Of a DNA stretch of 64,000 nucleotides, positions 40,501 through 55,108 are shown piece after piece. Source of the stretch: Schmidtea polychroa. Its lineage: Eukaryota. The position numbers and the translations under genes were made by a program. The stretch's first letter is position 1; every line of letters starts with the position of its first letter. The stretch is taken from contig CM097885.1 in NCBI GenBank assembly GCA_044892525.1, positions 40,860,001 to 40,924,000 on the forward strand, given 5' to 3'. The notes below the pieces were generated by a model. The model saw nothing but the letters and a program-made list of their open reading frames with translations, did not search any database and was not told the DNA's origin.

Positions 40501-43500
40501 TGAGCAATCAGTCAATCAATTCGAGTACATATATTACTTTTACAAAAATAATTAAAATTAATTTATTTCAATTAATTTATTCAATCTAAATAAATTATCT
40601 ACTAAATCTTATTTCAAAGTTCTTAGAAAATTATTATCTTAGTTGATTTATATTAACTTGAATGATCAGTATTTTTTTATTTACTGGATGATTAATGACT
40701 AGAATTTAAAGTTCTTTCTTATCCATTGATTAAATTTTGATATTTATTTATTATGTTTTGAATAATTTAAATTTTTACAATAATTTATTCAATTTTTACC
40801 AAGGTATTGATGCGTTGAGTTCAAATTATTTTTCATCCAATTTTTCAAGTGAAGAGGATTTTCTTTTAAAGATCTATTTGTTAGTACATAGTGGTTGATA
40901 TTTGTTAGAGTTTAATTGTAGATGATGCTAAGAAGATAGTGTATGTGATGAAGAATATTTTGTATTTAATTACTATTATTTTTATGTGTTGCTAGTGGGT
41001 TGTCGGTACTTGGTATCTAGTTGATAGCATTTTGTTGATAGTGCTTAGTGCTTGGTATCTGGTTGGTTCCTTGTTGTTGTTGGCTAGTGAGGATGCATTG
41101 TTGGTACGAATCAACAATAACTATTTATTGAATATAAGTTTTACTTTTCAATAATAAGTCAGTAGTAATCAATTAAAAGAAGAATATTTTGTGAATTAGA
41201 ATTAAAATTATATGGACTTTTATTGTAATTTAAAATATTTTAAATTCCATCTGGTGTTTTGAAGTGGTTGATAATTATTCAGTTTTTGATGAAAATCATC
41301 ATTTTTGTTAAATTTAGACACTTAGAAAAAGTTTTTCTACTGATTCTAATTAAAGATATTTTAAAAAAGCATTTGATAAAATACGATGAAGAATATTTAG
41401 TTGATTGTTAGTAAATGGTACCTAGTTGTAAGTATTTGGTACTTATTAGTATCTAGTTAAAAATATTTAGTAATTTGTAGTTAGTATCAGATTGTAAATA
41501 GTACCAAAATAGTATCTAGTTGTTAGGTACCTAGTGGTTAACTGTTTGTTTGAAGTACATAGTTGTAAGTATCGAGTTGACATTTTATATTTTGACAAGC
41601 ATATAAGAAATATTTTACTTGCTGGATTAAGAAGAGCTTATTACAAGCAAATACTTGATGAATAAATTTTATCTGTATGTATGTGTTGTTAATACATAGT
41701 ACTTGGTAGCTGGTTGTAGATAGCTGGTAATTTTTGGTATGTAATTGTTGGATTATTATTAATATAACTATTATTATTATTATTATCATTATTATTATTA
41801 TTTTTATTATTATCATTGAAATTTGCATTTAAATTTATTTTTAAAAATTATTCCATTAAAATTTGCATTAAAAAATTTCATTTCTCAAAGAAAGTTGGTG
41901 GTTATTCAATCTTTTGATAATAAATTTAAAAATCTTACTTTAATTTACTTATTACATTACTTTAATTTAATAATTTAAAAATTTGAACCTTAATTTACTT
42001 TAATCTAACTTTTTATTTACTAATTTTTCCTTAATATAACTGCCTACTTATTATCATTGAAAATCCATCTAAATTATCTTTAAAAATTAACTTAAAAAAT
42101 TATTACATTAAAATTTTACTTTAAATTTGTCTTTGAAAATTTTCATTTAAAATTATCATTGAAAATTAATTAATTAAAATTCCCATTAAAAATTACATTT
42201 CTCAAAATAGTTGGTGGTTATTCAATATTTTTTGCTAATAAATTTAAAAATTATTACTTTAATTTAAAAATTATTACTTTAAAAATATTTAACCAATTAC
42301 GCAATAGTATATATTCTTTATATTATCTTTGAAACAACTATGTTTAACCTATTATATAAGAAGTTAGGTATAGTTGCATCATTTGCATTTTTATGTTAAT
42401 AATATTATTTTAGAAATAATAATAATATCTTAAAATATTTTTATTAAAGTGATAATTTTTATGAAATAATTTTAAATAAATTCAATTAATATATCTCCAT
42501 CTTTTATATGCCACTTCACAGTATTTAGCTCCCATAATCCATTAATGAATAATTTTACCATTTATTTGCACCCATTTGAATTATTAATTTATCATCTAGT
42601 AATGAATAATATCCTCACTTTAATGAAGATTCTTACCACCTGAGAATAATATTGTTAATTTTATCAAAGTTTAAAGAATAAGAATTTTTATCAAAATTTG
42701 TGATAATTTGACTGATTCAAAGATAAATTTGATGGAGTTAATTGGTTTTATTATATATACCCTTAGTTTATCCAACAAGATGTTACTGGGCACTGTTCAT
42801 AAGGGTACTGGTCGTAAAGGTACTGGTGTGTTTTAATGATTTTATTTAATCAAATTTTGGTGTTTAAGGCATTCATTGCTTATTTTTTAGAGTTATTGTT
42901 AGTTGGATTTAGTAAATATTCAAGTGAATTTCTATCATTTTGGTGAATTTTTATCATTTTTCTGAATTTCATGTTGATTGAATGAATATTTAATAATTTA
43001 ATGTTTTAATGGTGATTCTAATAAATTTAATTGATAAATTTAATTAATTTCTTTATAATTAGCGGAATTTTATTGACTTGTTTTTAAATAAAAGTTAGTT
43101 TTAATGACAGTTAGCTTAATAATCAAGTGAAAGGATTAATTTAAAATTAATTGGTGAGAGATTGGTTAATGTGGGAATCTTTTGATTATTTAAATGGATG
43201 ATGTTGGTAAGTGAAATTGCAATACATTAGTCAGTTATGAATCAATAATAATCAGAAATTATATCGTTTTATTAGGTTGTGATGGATGCGCTAAATTAAT
43301 TTTGATTTATGGTTTAGAACAAATGTTTTATTAATTTTCTATTAATTATCCAGAGTGTAATTAAGGTAATTGACCAATTTATTTGGTTTTCACAATGAAA
43401 TATTTGAAATCTTTAGAGATAAGTGGGATTGACATCAACTTTAAATTATTTTTATCTTTTTCGGGTGATTTTAATTAGAAATTATATCGGTTGAATATCG

Positions 43501-46500
43501 GTAAAATATGAACATTTGAAGAAATATATTTTATTGGATGGATAAGTTGAATTTTTCAATGCAACTACTCAGTTATATTGTACAGTAATATTTATTTTAA
43601 ATTTCGAGTAGAACAAAAATTTAATTATAACTGATTTTATCAATTGTTCAGAGTTAATGATTTTAGAAGATTTTAGTGAAATATGTGTGATTATAGGAAT
43701 TATAGATATAGTTATAGTCATTTAAAGCGGTTTTAAGGAATCTTATTAGTCTGAGGGAATATCAATAAAATATTTATCGATAAAATACTAATCTTTAAAG
43801 ACAGAGATATTTCAGGGAAATTTGATTCTTTTTAGATGATTTTATTTGAGAATTCGCTTGGATATAACAAATGATAGAATATTGTCATTTAAATGAATTT
43901 ACTGGTTTATTAGATGTTATCATTAGTGGGCTTATATCAGTGTCTTTTGGAATTTAATGATAATTATTTTAGTGCAGATTGCCTACTTTGATAATTGTAA
44001 TGAATTTATTCTGATTATTTTGAATATATTGAGCAATCAGTCAATCAATTCGAGTACATATATTACTTTTACAAAAATAATTAAAATTAATTTATTTCAA
44101 TTAATTTATTCAATCTAAATAAATTATCTACTAAATCTTATTTCAAAGTTCTTAGAAAATTATTATCTTAGTTGATTTATATTAACTTGAATGATCAGTA
44201 TTTTTTTATTTACTGGATGATTAATGACTAGAATTTAAAGTTCTTTCTTATCCATTGATTAAATTTTGATATTTATTTATTATGTTTTGAATAATTTAAA
44301 TTTTTACAATAATTTATTCAATTTTTACCAAGGTATTGATGCGTTGAGTTCAAATTATTTTTCATCCAATTTTTCAAGTGAAGAGGATTTTCTTTTAAAG
44401 ATCTATTTGTTAGTACATAGTGGTTGATATTTGTTAGAGTTTAATTGTAGATGATGCTAAGAAGATAGTGTATGTGATGAAGAATATTTTGTATTTAATT
44501 ACTATTATTTTTATGTGTTGCTAGTGGGTTGTCGGTACTTGGTATCTAGTTGATAGCATTTTGTTGATAGTGCTTAGTGCTTGGTATCTGGTTGGTTCCT
44601 TGTTGTTGTTGGCTAGTGAGGATGCATTGTTGGTACGAATCAACAATAACTATTTATTGAATATAAGTTTTACTTTTCAATAATAAGTCAGTAGTAATCA
44701 ATTAAAAGAAGAATATTTTGTGAATTAGAATTAAAATTATATGGACTTTTATTGTAATTTAAAATATTTTCAATTCCATCTGGTGTTTTGAAGTGGTTGA
44801 TAATTATTCAGTTTTTGATGAAAATCATCATTTTTGTTAAATTTAGACACTTAGAAAAAGTTTTTCTACTGATTCTAATTAAAGATATTTTAAAAAAGCA
44901 TTTGATAAAATACGATGAAGAATATTTAGTTGATTGTTAGTAAATGGTACCTAGTTGTAAGTATTTGGTATTTATTAGTATCTAGTTAAAAATATTTAGT
45001 AATTTGTAGTTAGTATCAGATTGTAAATAGTACCAAAATAGTATCTAGTTGTTAGGTACCTAGTGGTTAACTGTTTGTTTGAAGTACATAGTTGTAAGTA
45101 TCGAGTTGACATTTTATATTTTGACAAGCATATAAGAAATATTTTACTTGCTGGATTAAGAAGAGCTTATTACAAGCAAATACTTGATGAATAAATTTTA
45201 TCTGTATGTATGTGTTGTTAATACATAGTACTTGGTAGCTGGTTGTAGATAGCTGGTAATTTTTGGTATGTAATTGTTGGATTATTATTAATATAACTAT
45301 TATTATTATTATTATCATTATTATTATTATTTTTATTATTATCATTGAAATTTGCATTTAAATTTATTTTTAAAAATTATTCCATTAAAATTTGCATTAA
45401 AAAATTTCATTTCTCAAAGAAAGTTGGTGGTTATTCAATCTTTTGATAATAAATTTAAAAATCTTACTTTAATTTACTTATTACATTACTTTAATTTAAT
45501 AATTTAAAAATTTGAACCTTAATTTACTTTAATCTAACTTTTTATTTACTAATTTTTCCTTAATATAACTGCCTACTTATTATCATTGAAAATCCATCTA
45601 AATTATCTTTAAAAATTAACTTAAAAAATTATTACATTAAAATTTTACTTTAAATTTGTCTTTGAAAATTTTCATTTAAAATTATCATTGAAAATTAATT
45701 AATTAAAATTCCCATTAAAAATTACATTTCTCAAAATAGTTGGTGGTTATTCAATATTTTTTGCTAATAAATTTAAAAATTATTACTTTAATTTAAAAAT
45801 TATTACTTTAAAAATATTTAACCAATTACGCAATAGTATATATTCTTTATATTATCTTTGAAACAACTATGTTTAACCTATTATATAAGAAGTTAGGTAT
45901 AGTTGCATCATTTGCATTTTTATGTTAATAATATTATTTTAGAAATAATAATAATATCTTAAAATATTTTTATTAAAGTGATAATTTTTATGAAATAATT
46001 TTAAATAAATTCAATTAATATATCTCCATCTTTTATATGCCACTTCACAGTATTTAGCTCCCATAATCCATTAATGAATAATTTTACCATTTATTTGCAC
46101 CCATTTGAATTATTAATTTATCATCTAGTAATGAATAATATCCTCACTTTAATGAAGATTCTTACCACCTGAGAATAATATTGTTAATTTTATCAAAGTT
46201 TAAAGAATAAGAATTTTTATCAAAATTTGTGATAATTTGACTGATTCAAAGATAAATTTGATGGAGTTAATTGGTTTTATTATATATACCCTTAGTTTAT
46301 CCAACAAGATGTTACTGGGCACTGTTCATAAGGGTACTGGTCGTAAAGGTACTGGTGTGTTTTAATGATTTTATTTAATCAAATTTTGGTGTTTAAGGCA
46401 TTCATTGCTTATTTTTTAGAGTTATTGTTAGTTGGATTTAGTAAATATTCAAGTGAATTTCTATCATTTTGGTGAATTTTTATCATTTTTCTGAATTTCA

Positions 46501-49500
46501 TGTTGATTGAATGAATATTTAATAATTTAATGTTTTAATGGTGATTCTAATAAATTTAATTGATAAATTTAATTAATTTCTTTATAATTAGCGGAATTTT
46601 ATTGACTTGTTTTTAAATAAAAGTTAGTTTTAATGACAGTTAGCTTAATAATCAAGTGAAAGGATTAATTTAAAATTAATTGGTGAGAGATTGGTTAATG
46701 TGGGAATCTTTTGATTATTTAAATGGATGATGTTGGTAAGTGAAATTGCAATACATTAGTCAGTTATGAATCAATAATAATCAGAAATTATATCGTTTTA
46801 TTAGGTTGTGATGGATGCGCTAAATTAATTTTGATTTATGGTTTAGAACAAATGTTTTATTAATTTTCTATTAATTATCCAGAGTGTAATTAAGGTAATT
46901 GACCAATTTATTTGGTTTTCACAATGAAATATTTGAAATCTTTAGAGATAAGTGGGATTGACATCAACTTTAAATTATTTTTATCTTTTTCGGGTGATTT
47001 TAATTAGAAATTATATCGGTTGAATATCGGTAAAATATGAACATTTGAAGAAATATATTTTATTGGATGGATAAGTTGAATTTTTCAATGCAACTACTCA
47101 GTTATATTGTACAGTAATATTTATTTTAAATTTCGAGTAGAACAAAAATTTAATTATAACTGATTTTATCAATTGTTCAGAGTTAATGATTTTAGAAGAT
47201 TTTAGTGAAATATGTGTGATTATAGGAATTATAGATATAGTTATAGTCATTTAAAGCGGTTTTAAGGAATCTTATTAGTCTGAGGGAATATCAATAAAAT
47301 ATTTATCGATAAAATACTAATCTTTAAAGACAGAGATATTTCAGGGAAATTTGATTCTTTTTAGATGATTTTATTTGAGAATTCGCTTGGATATAACAAA
47401 TGATAGAATATTGTCATTTAAATGAATTTACTGGTTTATTAGATGTTATCATTAGTGGGCTTATATCAGTGTCTTTTGGAATTTAATGATAATTATTTTA
47501 GTGCAGATTGCCTACTTTGATAATTGTAATGAATTTATTCTGATTATTTTGAATATATTGAGCAATCAGTCAATCAATTCGAGTACATATATTACTTTTA
47601 CAAAAATAATTAAAATTAATTTATTTCAATTAATTTATTCAATCTAAATAAATTATCTACTAAATCTTATTTCAAAGTTCTTAGAAAATTATTATCTTAG
47701 TTGATTTATATTAACTTGAATGATCAGTATTTTTTTATTTACTGGATGATTAATGACTAGAATTTAAAGTTCTTTCTTATCCATTGATTAAATTTTGATA
47801 TTTATTTATTATGTTTTGAATAATTTAAATTTTTACAATAATTTATTCAATTTTTACCAAGGTATTGATGCGTTGAGTTCAAATTATTTTTCATCCAATT
47901 TTTCAAGTGAAGAGGATTTTCTTTTAAAGATCTATTTGTTAGTACATAGTGGTTGATATTTGTTAGAGTTTAATTGTAGATGATGCTAAGAAGATAGTGT
48001 ATGTGATGAAGAATATTTTGTATTTAATTACTATTATTTTTATGTGTTGCTAGTGGGTTGTCGGTACTTGGTATCTAGTTGATAGCATTTTGTTGATAGT
48101 GCTTAGTGCTTGGTATCTGGTTGGTTCCTTGTTGTTGTTGGCTAGTGAGGATGCATTGTTGGTACGAATCAACAATAACTATTTATTGAATATAAGTTTT
48201 ACTTTTCAATAATAAGTCAGTAGTAATCAATTAAAAGAAGAATATTTTGTGAATTAGAATTAAAATTATATGGACTTTTATTGTAATTTAAAATATTTTC
48301 AATTCCATCTGGTGTTTTGAAGTGGTTGATAATTATTCAGTTTTTGATGAAAATCATCATTTTTGTTAAATTTAGACACTTAGAAAAAGTTTTTCTACTG
48401 ATTCTAATTAAAGATATTTTAAAAAAGCATTTGATAAAATACGATGAAGAATATTTAGTTGATTGTTAGTAAATGGTACCTAGTTGTAAGTATTTGGTAT
48501 TTATTAGTATCTAGTTAAAAATATTTAGTAATTTGTAGTTAGTATCAGATTGTAAATAGTACCAAAATAGTATCTAGTTGTTAGGTACCTAGTGGTTAAC
48601 TGTTTGTTTGAAGTACATAGTTGTAAGTATCGAGTTGACATTTTATATTTTGACAAGCATATAAGAAATATTTTACTTGCTGGATTAAGAAGAGCTTATT
48701 ACAAGCAAATACTTGATGAATAAATTTTATCTGTATGTATGTGTTGTTAATACATAGTACTTGGTAGCTGGTTGTAGATAGCTGGTAATTTTTGGTATGT
48801 AATTGTTGGATTATTATTAATATAACTATTATTATTATTATTATCATTATTATTATTATTTTTATTATTATCATTGAAATTTGCATTTAAATTTATTTTT
48901 AAAAATTATTCCATTAAAATTTGCATTAAAAAATTTCATTTCTCAAAGAAAGTTGGTGGTTATTCAATCTTTTGATAATAAATTTAAAAATCTTACTTTA
49001 ATTTACTTATTACATTACTTTAATTTAATAATTTAAAAATTTGAACCTTAATTTACTTTAATCTAACTTTTTATTTACTAATTTTTCCTTAATATAACTG
49101 CCTACTTATTATCATTGAAAATCCATCTAAATTATCTTTAAAAATTAACTTAAAAAATTATTACATTAAAATTTTACTTTAAATTTGTCTTTGAAAATTT
49201 TCATTTAAAATTATCATTGAAAATTAATTAATTAAAATTCCCATTAAAAATTACATTTCTCAAAATAGTTGGTGGTTATTCAATATTTTTTGCTAATAAA
49301 TTTAAAAATTATTACTTTAATTTAAAAATTATTACTTTAAAAATATTTAACCAATTACGCAATAGTATATATTCTTTATATTATCTTTGAAACAACTATG
49401 TTTAACCTATTATATAAGAAGTTAGGTATAGTTGCATCATTTGCATTTTTATGTTAATAATATTATTTTAGAAATAATAATAATATCTTAAAATATTTTT

Positions 49501-52500
49501 ATTAAAGTGATAATTTTTATGAAATAATTTTAAATAAATTCAATTAATATATCTCCATCTTTTATATGCCACTTCACAGTATTTAGCTCCCATAATCCAT
49601 TAATGAATAATTTTACCATTTATTTGCACCCATTTGAATTATTAATTTATCATCTAGTAATGAATAATATCCTCACTTTAATGAAGATTCTTACCACCTG
49701 AGAATAATATTGTTAATTTTATCAAAGTTTAAAGAATAAGAATTTTTATCAAAATTTGTGATAATTTGACTGATTCAAAGATAAATTTGATGGAGTTAAT
49801 TGGTTTTATTATATATACCCTTAGTTTATCCAACAAGATGTTACTGGGCACTGTTCATAAGGGTACTGGTCGTAAAGGTACTGGTGTGTTTTAATGATTT
49901 TATTTAATCAAATTTTGGTGTTTAAGGCATTCATTGCTTATTTTTTAGAGTTATTGTTAGTTGGATTTAGTAAATATTCAAGTGAATTTCTATCATTTTG
50001 GTGAATTTTTATCATTTTTCTGAATTTCATGTTGATTGAATGAATATTTAATAATTTAATGTTTTAATGGTGATTCTAATAAATTTAATTGATAAATTTA
50101 ATTAATTTCTTTATAATTAGCGGAATTTTATTGACTTGTTTTTAAATAAAAGTTAGTTTTAATGACAGTTAGCTTAATAATCAAGTGAAAGGATTAATTT
50201 AAAATTAATTGGTGAGAGATTGGTTAATGTGGGAATCTTTTGATTATTTAAATGGATGATGTTGGTAAGTGAAATTGCAATACATTAGTCAGTTATGAAT
50301 CAATAATAATCAGAAATTATATCGTTTTATTAGGTTGTGATGGATGCGCTAAATTAATTTTGATTTATGGTTTAGAACAAATGTTTTATTAATTTTCTAT
50401 TAATTATCCAGAGTGTAATTAAGGTAATTGACCAATTTATTTGGTTTTCACAATGAAATATTTGAAATCTTTAGAGATAAGTGGGATTGACATCAACTTT
50501 AAATTATTTTTATCTTTTTCGGGTGATTTTAATTAGAAATTATATCGGTTGAATATCGGTAAAATATGAACATTTGAAGAAATATATTTTATTGGATGGA
50601 TAAGTTGAATTTTTCAATGCAACTACTCAGTTATATTGTACAGTAATATTTATTTTAAATTTCGAGTAGAACAAAAATTTAATTATAACTGATTTTATCA
50701 ATTGTTCAGAGTTAATGATTTTAGAAGATTTTAGTGAAATATGTGTGATTATAGGAATTATAGATATAGTTATAGTCATTTAAAGCGGTTTTAAGGAATC
50801 TTATTAGTCTGAGGGAATATCAATAAAATATTTATCGATAAAATACTAATCTTTAAAGACAGAGATATTTCAGGGAAATTTGATTCTTTTTAGATGATTT
50901 TATTTGAGAATTCGCTTGGATATAACAAATGATAGAATATTGTCATTTAAATGAATTTACTGGTTTATTAGATGTTATCATTAGTGGGCTTATATCAGTG
51001 TCTTTTGGAATTTAATGATAATTATTTTAGTGCAGATTGCCTACTTTGATAATTGTAATGAATTTATTCTGATTATTTTGAATATATTGAGCAATCAGTC
51101 AATCAATTCGAGTACATATATTACTTTTACAAAAATAATTAAAATTAATTTATTTCAATTAATTTATTCAATCTAAATAAATTATCTACTAAATCTTATT
51201 TCAAAGTTCTTAGAAAATTATTATCTTAGTTGATTTATATTAACTTGAATGATCAGTATTTTTTTATTTACTGGATGATTAATGACTAGAATTTAAAGTT
51301 CTTTCTTATCCATTGATTAAATTTTGATATTTATTTATTATGTTTTGAATAATTTAAATTTTTACAATAATTTATTCAATTTTTACCAAGGTATTGATGC
51401 GTTGAGTTCAAATTATTTTTCATCCAATTTTTCAAGTGAAGAGGATTTTCTTTTAAAGATCTATTTGTTAGTACATAGTGGTTGATATTTGTTAGAGTTT
51501 AATTGTAGATGATGCTAAGAAGATAGTGTATGTGATGAAGAATATTTTGTATTTAATTACTATTATTTTTATGTGTTGCTAGTGGGTTGTCGGTACTTGG
51601 TATCTAGTTGATAGCATTTTGTTGATAGTGCTTAGTGCTTGGTATCTGGTTGGTTCCTTGTTGTTGTTGGCTAGTGAGGATGCATTGTTGGTACGAATCA
51701 ACAATAACTATTTATTGAATATAAGTTTTACTTTTCAATAATAAGTCAGTAGTAATCAATTAAAAGAAGAATATTTTGTGAATTAGAATTAAAATTATAT
51801 GGACTTTTATTGTAATTTAAAATATTTTCAATTCCATCTGGTGTTTTGAAGTGGTTGATAATTATTCAGTTTTTGATGAAAATCATCATTTTTGTTAAAT
51901 TTAGACACTTAGAAAAAGTTTTTCTACTGATTCTAATTAAAGATATTTTAAAAAAGCATTTGATAAAATACGATGAAGAATATTTAGTTGATTGTTAGTA
52001 AATGGTACCTAGTTGTAAGTATTTGGTACTTATTAGTATCTAGTTAAAAATATTTAGTAATTTGTAGTTAGTATCAGATTGTAAATAGTACCAAAATAGT
52101 ATCTAGTTGTTAGGTACCTAGTGGTTAACTGTTTGTTTGAAGTACATAGTTGTAAGTATCGAGTTGACATTTTATATTTTGACAAGCATATAAGAAATAT
52201 TTTACTTGCTGGATTAAGAAGAGCTTATTACAAGCAAATACTTGATGAATAAATTTTATCTGTATGTATGTGTTGTTAATACATAGTACTTGGTAGCTGG
52301 TTGTAGATAGCTGGTAATTTTTGGTATGTAATTGTTGGATTATTATTAATATAACTATTATTATTATTATTATCATTATTATTATTATTTTTATTATTAT
52401 CATTGAAATTTGCATTTAAATTTATTTTTAAAAATTATTCCATTAAAATTTGCATTAAAAAATTTCATTTCTCAAAGAAAGTTGGTGGTTATTCAATCTT

Positions 52501-52850
52501 TTGATAATAAATTTAAAAATCTTACTTTAATTTACTTATTACATTACTTTAATTTAATAATTTAAAAATTTGAACCTTAATTTACTTTAATCTAACTTTT
52601 TATTTACTAATTTTTCCTTAATATAACTGCCTACTTATTATCATTGAAAATCCATCTAAATTATCTTTAAAAATTAACTTAAAAAATTATTACATTAAAA
52701 TTTTACTTTAAATTTGTCTTTGAAAATTTTCATTTAAAATTATCATTGAAAATTAATTAATTAAAATTCCCATTAAAAATTACATTTCTCAAAATAGTTG
52801 GTGGTTATTCAATATTTTTTGCTAATAAATTTAAAAATTATTACTTTAAT
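28561..52850 (+). repeat. Seven-copy tandem array of a 3529-bp non-coding segment
   Basis: Copies start at 28561, 31690, 35219, 38748, 42277, 45806, 49335; the first is 400 bp shorter. Confidence 0.95.
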
Positions 52851-54328
52851 TTACTTATTTAAAAATTAATTACTTTACTTTTTTAACTTTATTTTAATTT
52901 TCAGACCATTGCTTACTTAATAAAATATTTGGGCCTTAATTTACTTTAATTTAACCTTTGTTTACCAAATATTACTGTAATTTACTTATTTATCCTTAAT
53001 TTACCTATTTATTCTTGTATTACTTAATTTAACATTTTACAACATAATTTACTTAACAACCGAATATAACCATTATTTACATATTCAACCAATAATTTCA
53101 TGTAGTGAATGATTAATTGACAAAGATTTGCATCTAAAATTGACACTGAAAATTATATCATAAATATTTTCATTTAAATTTGACTTAAAAAATTTTTCCA
53201 TTTGAATTTTCATTAAAAAATTTCATTTACCAAAAGTTTGTGGTTATTCAACGTTTTTGTTAATAAATTTAAAAATCTTACTTTAATTTACTTATTACAT
53301 TAATTTACTTTTATTTTTAAATTTTTATTTTAATTTACTTAATGTAAAAATATTACTTTAACTTTAAAATTTTAGATTACTTAATTAAAAGATTTTAACC
53401 TTTATTTACTTTATTACCTTAATTTACCTATTTATTCTTGTATTACATAATTTATCATTTCACACCATAACTTGCTTAACAACCAAATATAACCCTTATT
53501 TACATATTTAATCAATAATTTCATGTGGTTATTGATTAATTCACAAAGATTTGCATCAAAAATTAACATTGAAAAATATCTTAAAAAATTATTTCATAAA
53601 AATTTCCATTAAAAAATGTCATTTCTCAAAGAAAGTTAGTGGTTATTCAATCGTTTGATAATTAATTTAAAAATTCTTACTTTAATTTAATTATTTAACT
53701 ATAATTTAAAATCTTAGACCATTGATTATTTAATTTAAAAATTTGAACCTTAATTTATTTATTTGAACCCTTTGATTACTTTAATTTACAAATTTAGACC
53801 TTAATTTAATTTAATTTTAAATTTGAGTCCATATTTTACTACAATTCAATTTTTAGGCCCATAATTTACTTAAATTTAATTATATGACACCTTTGATTAA
53901 TTTAAAAATTTAAAAATTCAAAAATTTCGCCCATAATTTACTTAATTTAACCCCTATTTTACTTTAATTTAAAATTTTAGAACATATTTTACCTATTTAC
54001 CATGCTTTTATTTGAAGACTCAAATTTTGTATTGAAAATCCCAGGACCATCGATAACCCCTTACTATAGTCAGAGAAATCCTGACTTTTTTTCTATAGGC
54101 CCCTTTATCTCTATTGAAAATAATATGAGTGTTCCATTGCCGCAATGGCCTTTTTTCTATAGGCACCTTTAATTTTATTGAAAAAAATATGAGTGACTTC
54201 CTGCAACAATTGCGTGATCAAAAAATTAAAAGAAAACGAGTTGCCGCTAATTTTTTCTAGTGGAGGGGAGGGGAGGAGGGTCACTGCGGCAGGGACTACT
54301 AACTACGTACTTAAGTCATACATATTCA

Positions 54329-54445
<117 letters not shown>

Positions 54446-55108
54446 CAAATAACCATTTCTCATGAAGTATTCCATAATCAATATGGTTGTTCACTATAAC
54501 CTGAAATCTATATAATATTTAAATAAAAACAATGTCATAATAAAATTGAATGTTCCATCCTTAAATTTTGAAAACAGTATGAATTCCCGATATTTTAATA
54601 AGTGAATTAAATAATGTAAATTTGGTGAATGGTTCAATATAAATTGAATTTTGTTTGAAAGTAGAATTTGAGAAGATGACAAATTTCATTCATTCCTTAT
54701 TTCATATTCTGTTAGACCCATCAATGATACCTTTTTAAAAGAAGGTATTACTTTATTAAACGAAAAATAATTTTAATTAATAAATAATGGAGTCTTTGGA
54801 TTATAAATAAAATTGAATATATAATTTTTATTATAACGAAATATTGGTAAATAAGTAGATTTACTTGTCATGTTTTTATTGCGACACCCCAGTCTTTATT
54901 AATTAAAACTTGCACAGTTTGTAATGAAAATATCGATGATAAATGATTTTTCTATAGCATTAATTACTATTTTGAAAGATGATGATGTTATTAATAGTAA
55001 TAACTGTAATCATAGAAATAGACCGTGTCATTATAATACTTCCGACTTAAAATATAATAGTTGTAATGATAAGCATAATAATGAAATTACCTCAATGATA
55101 AAAATAGT

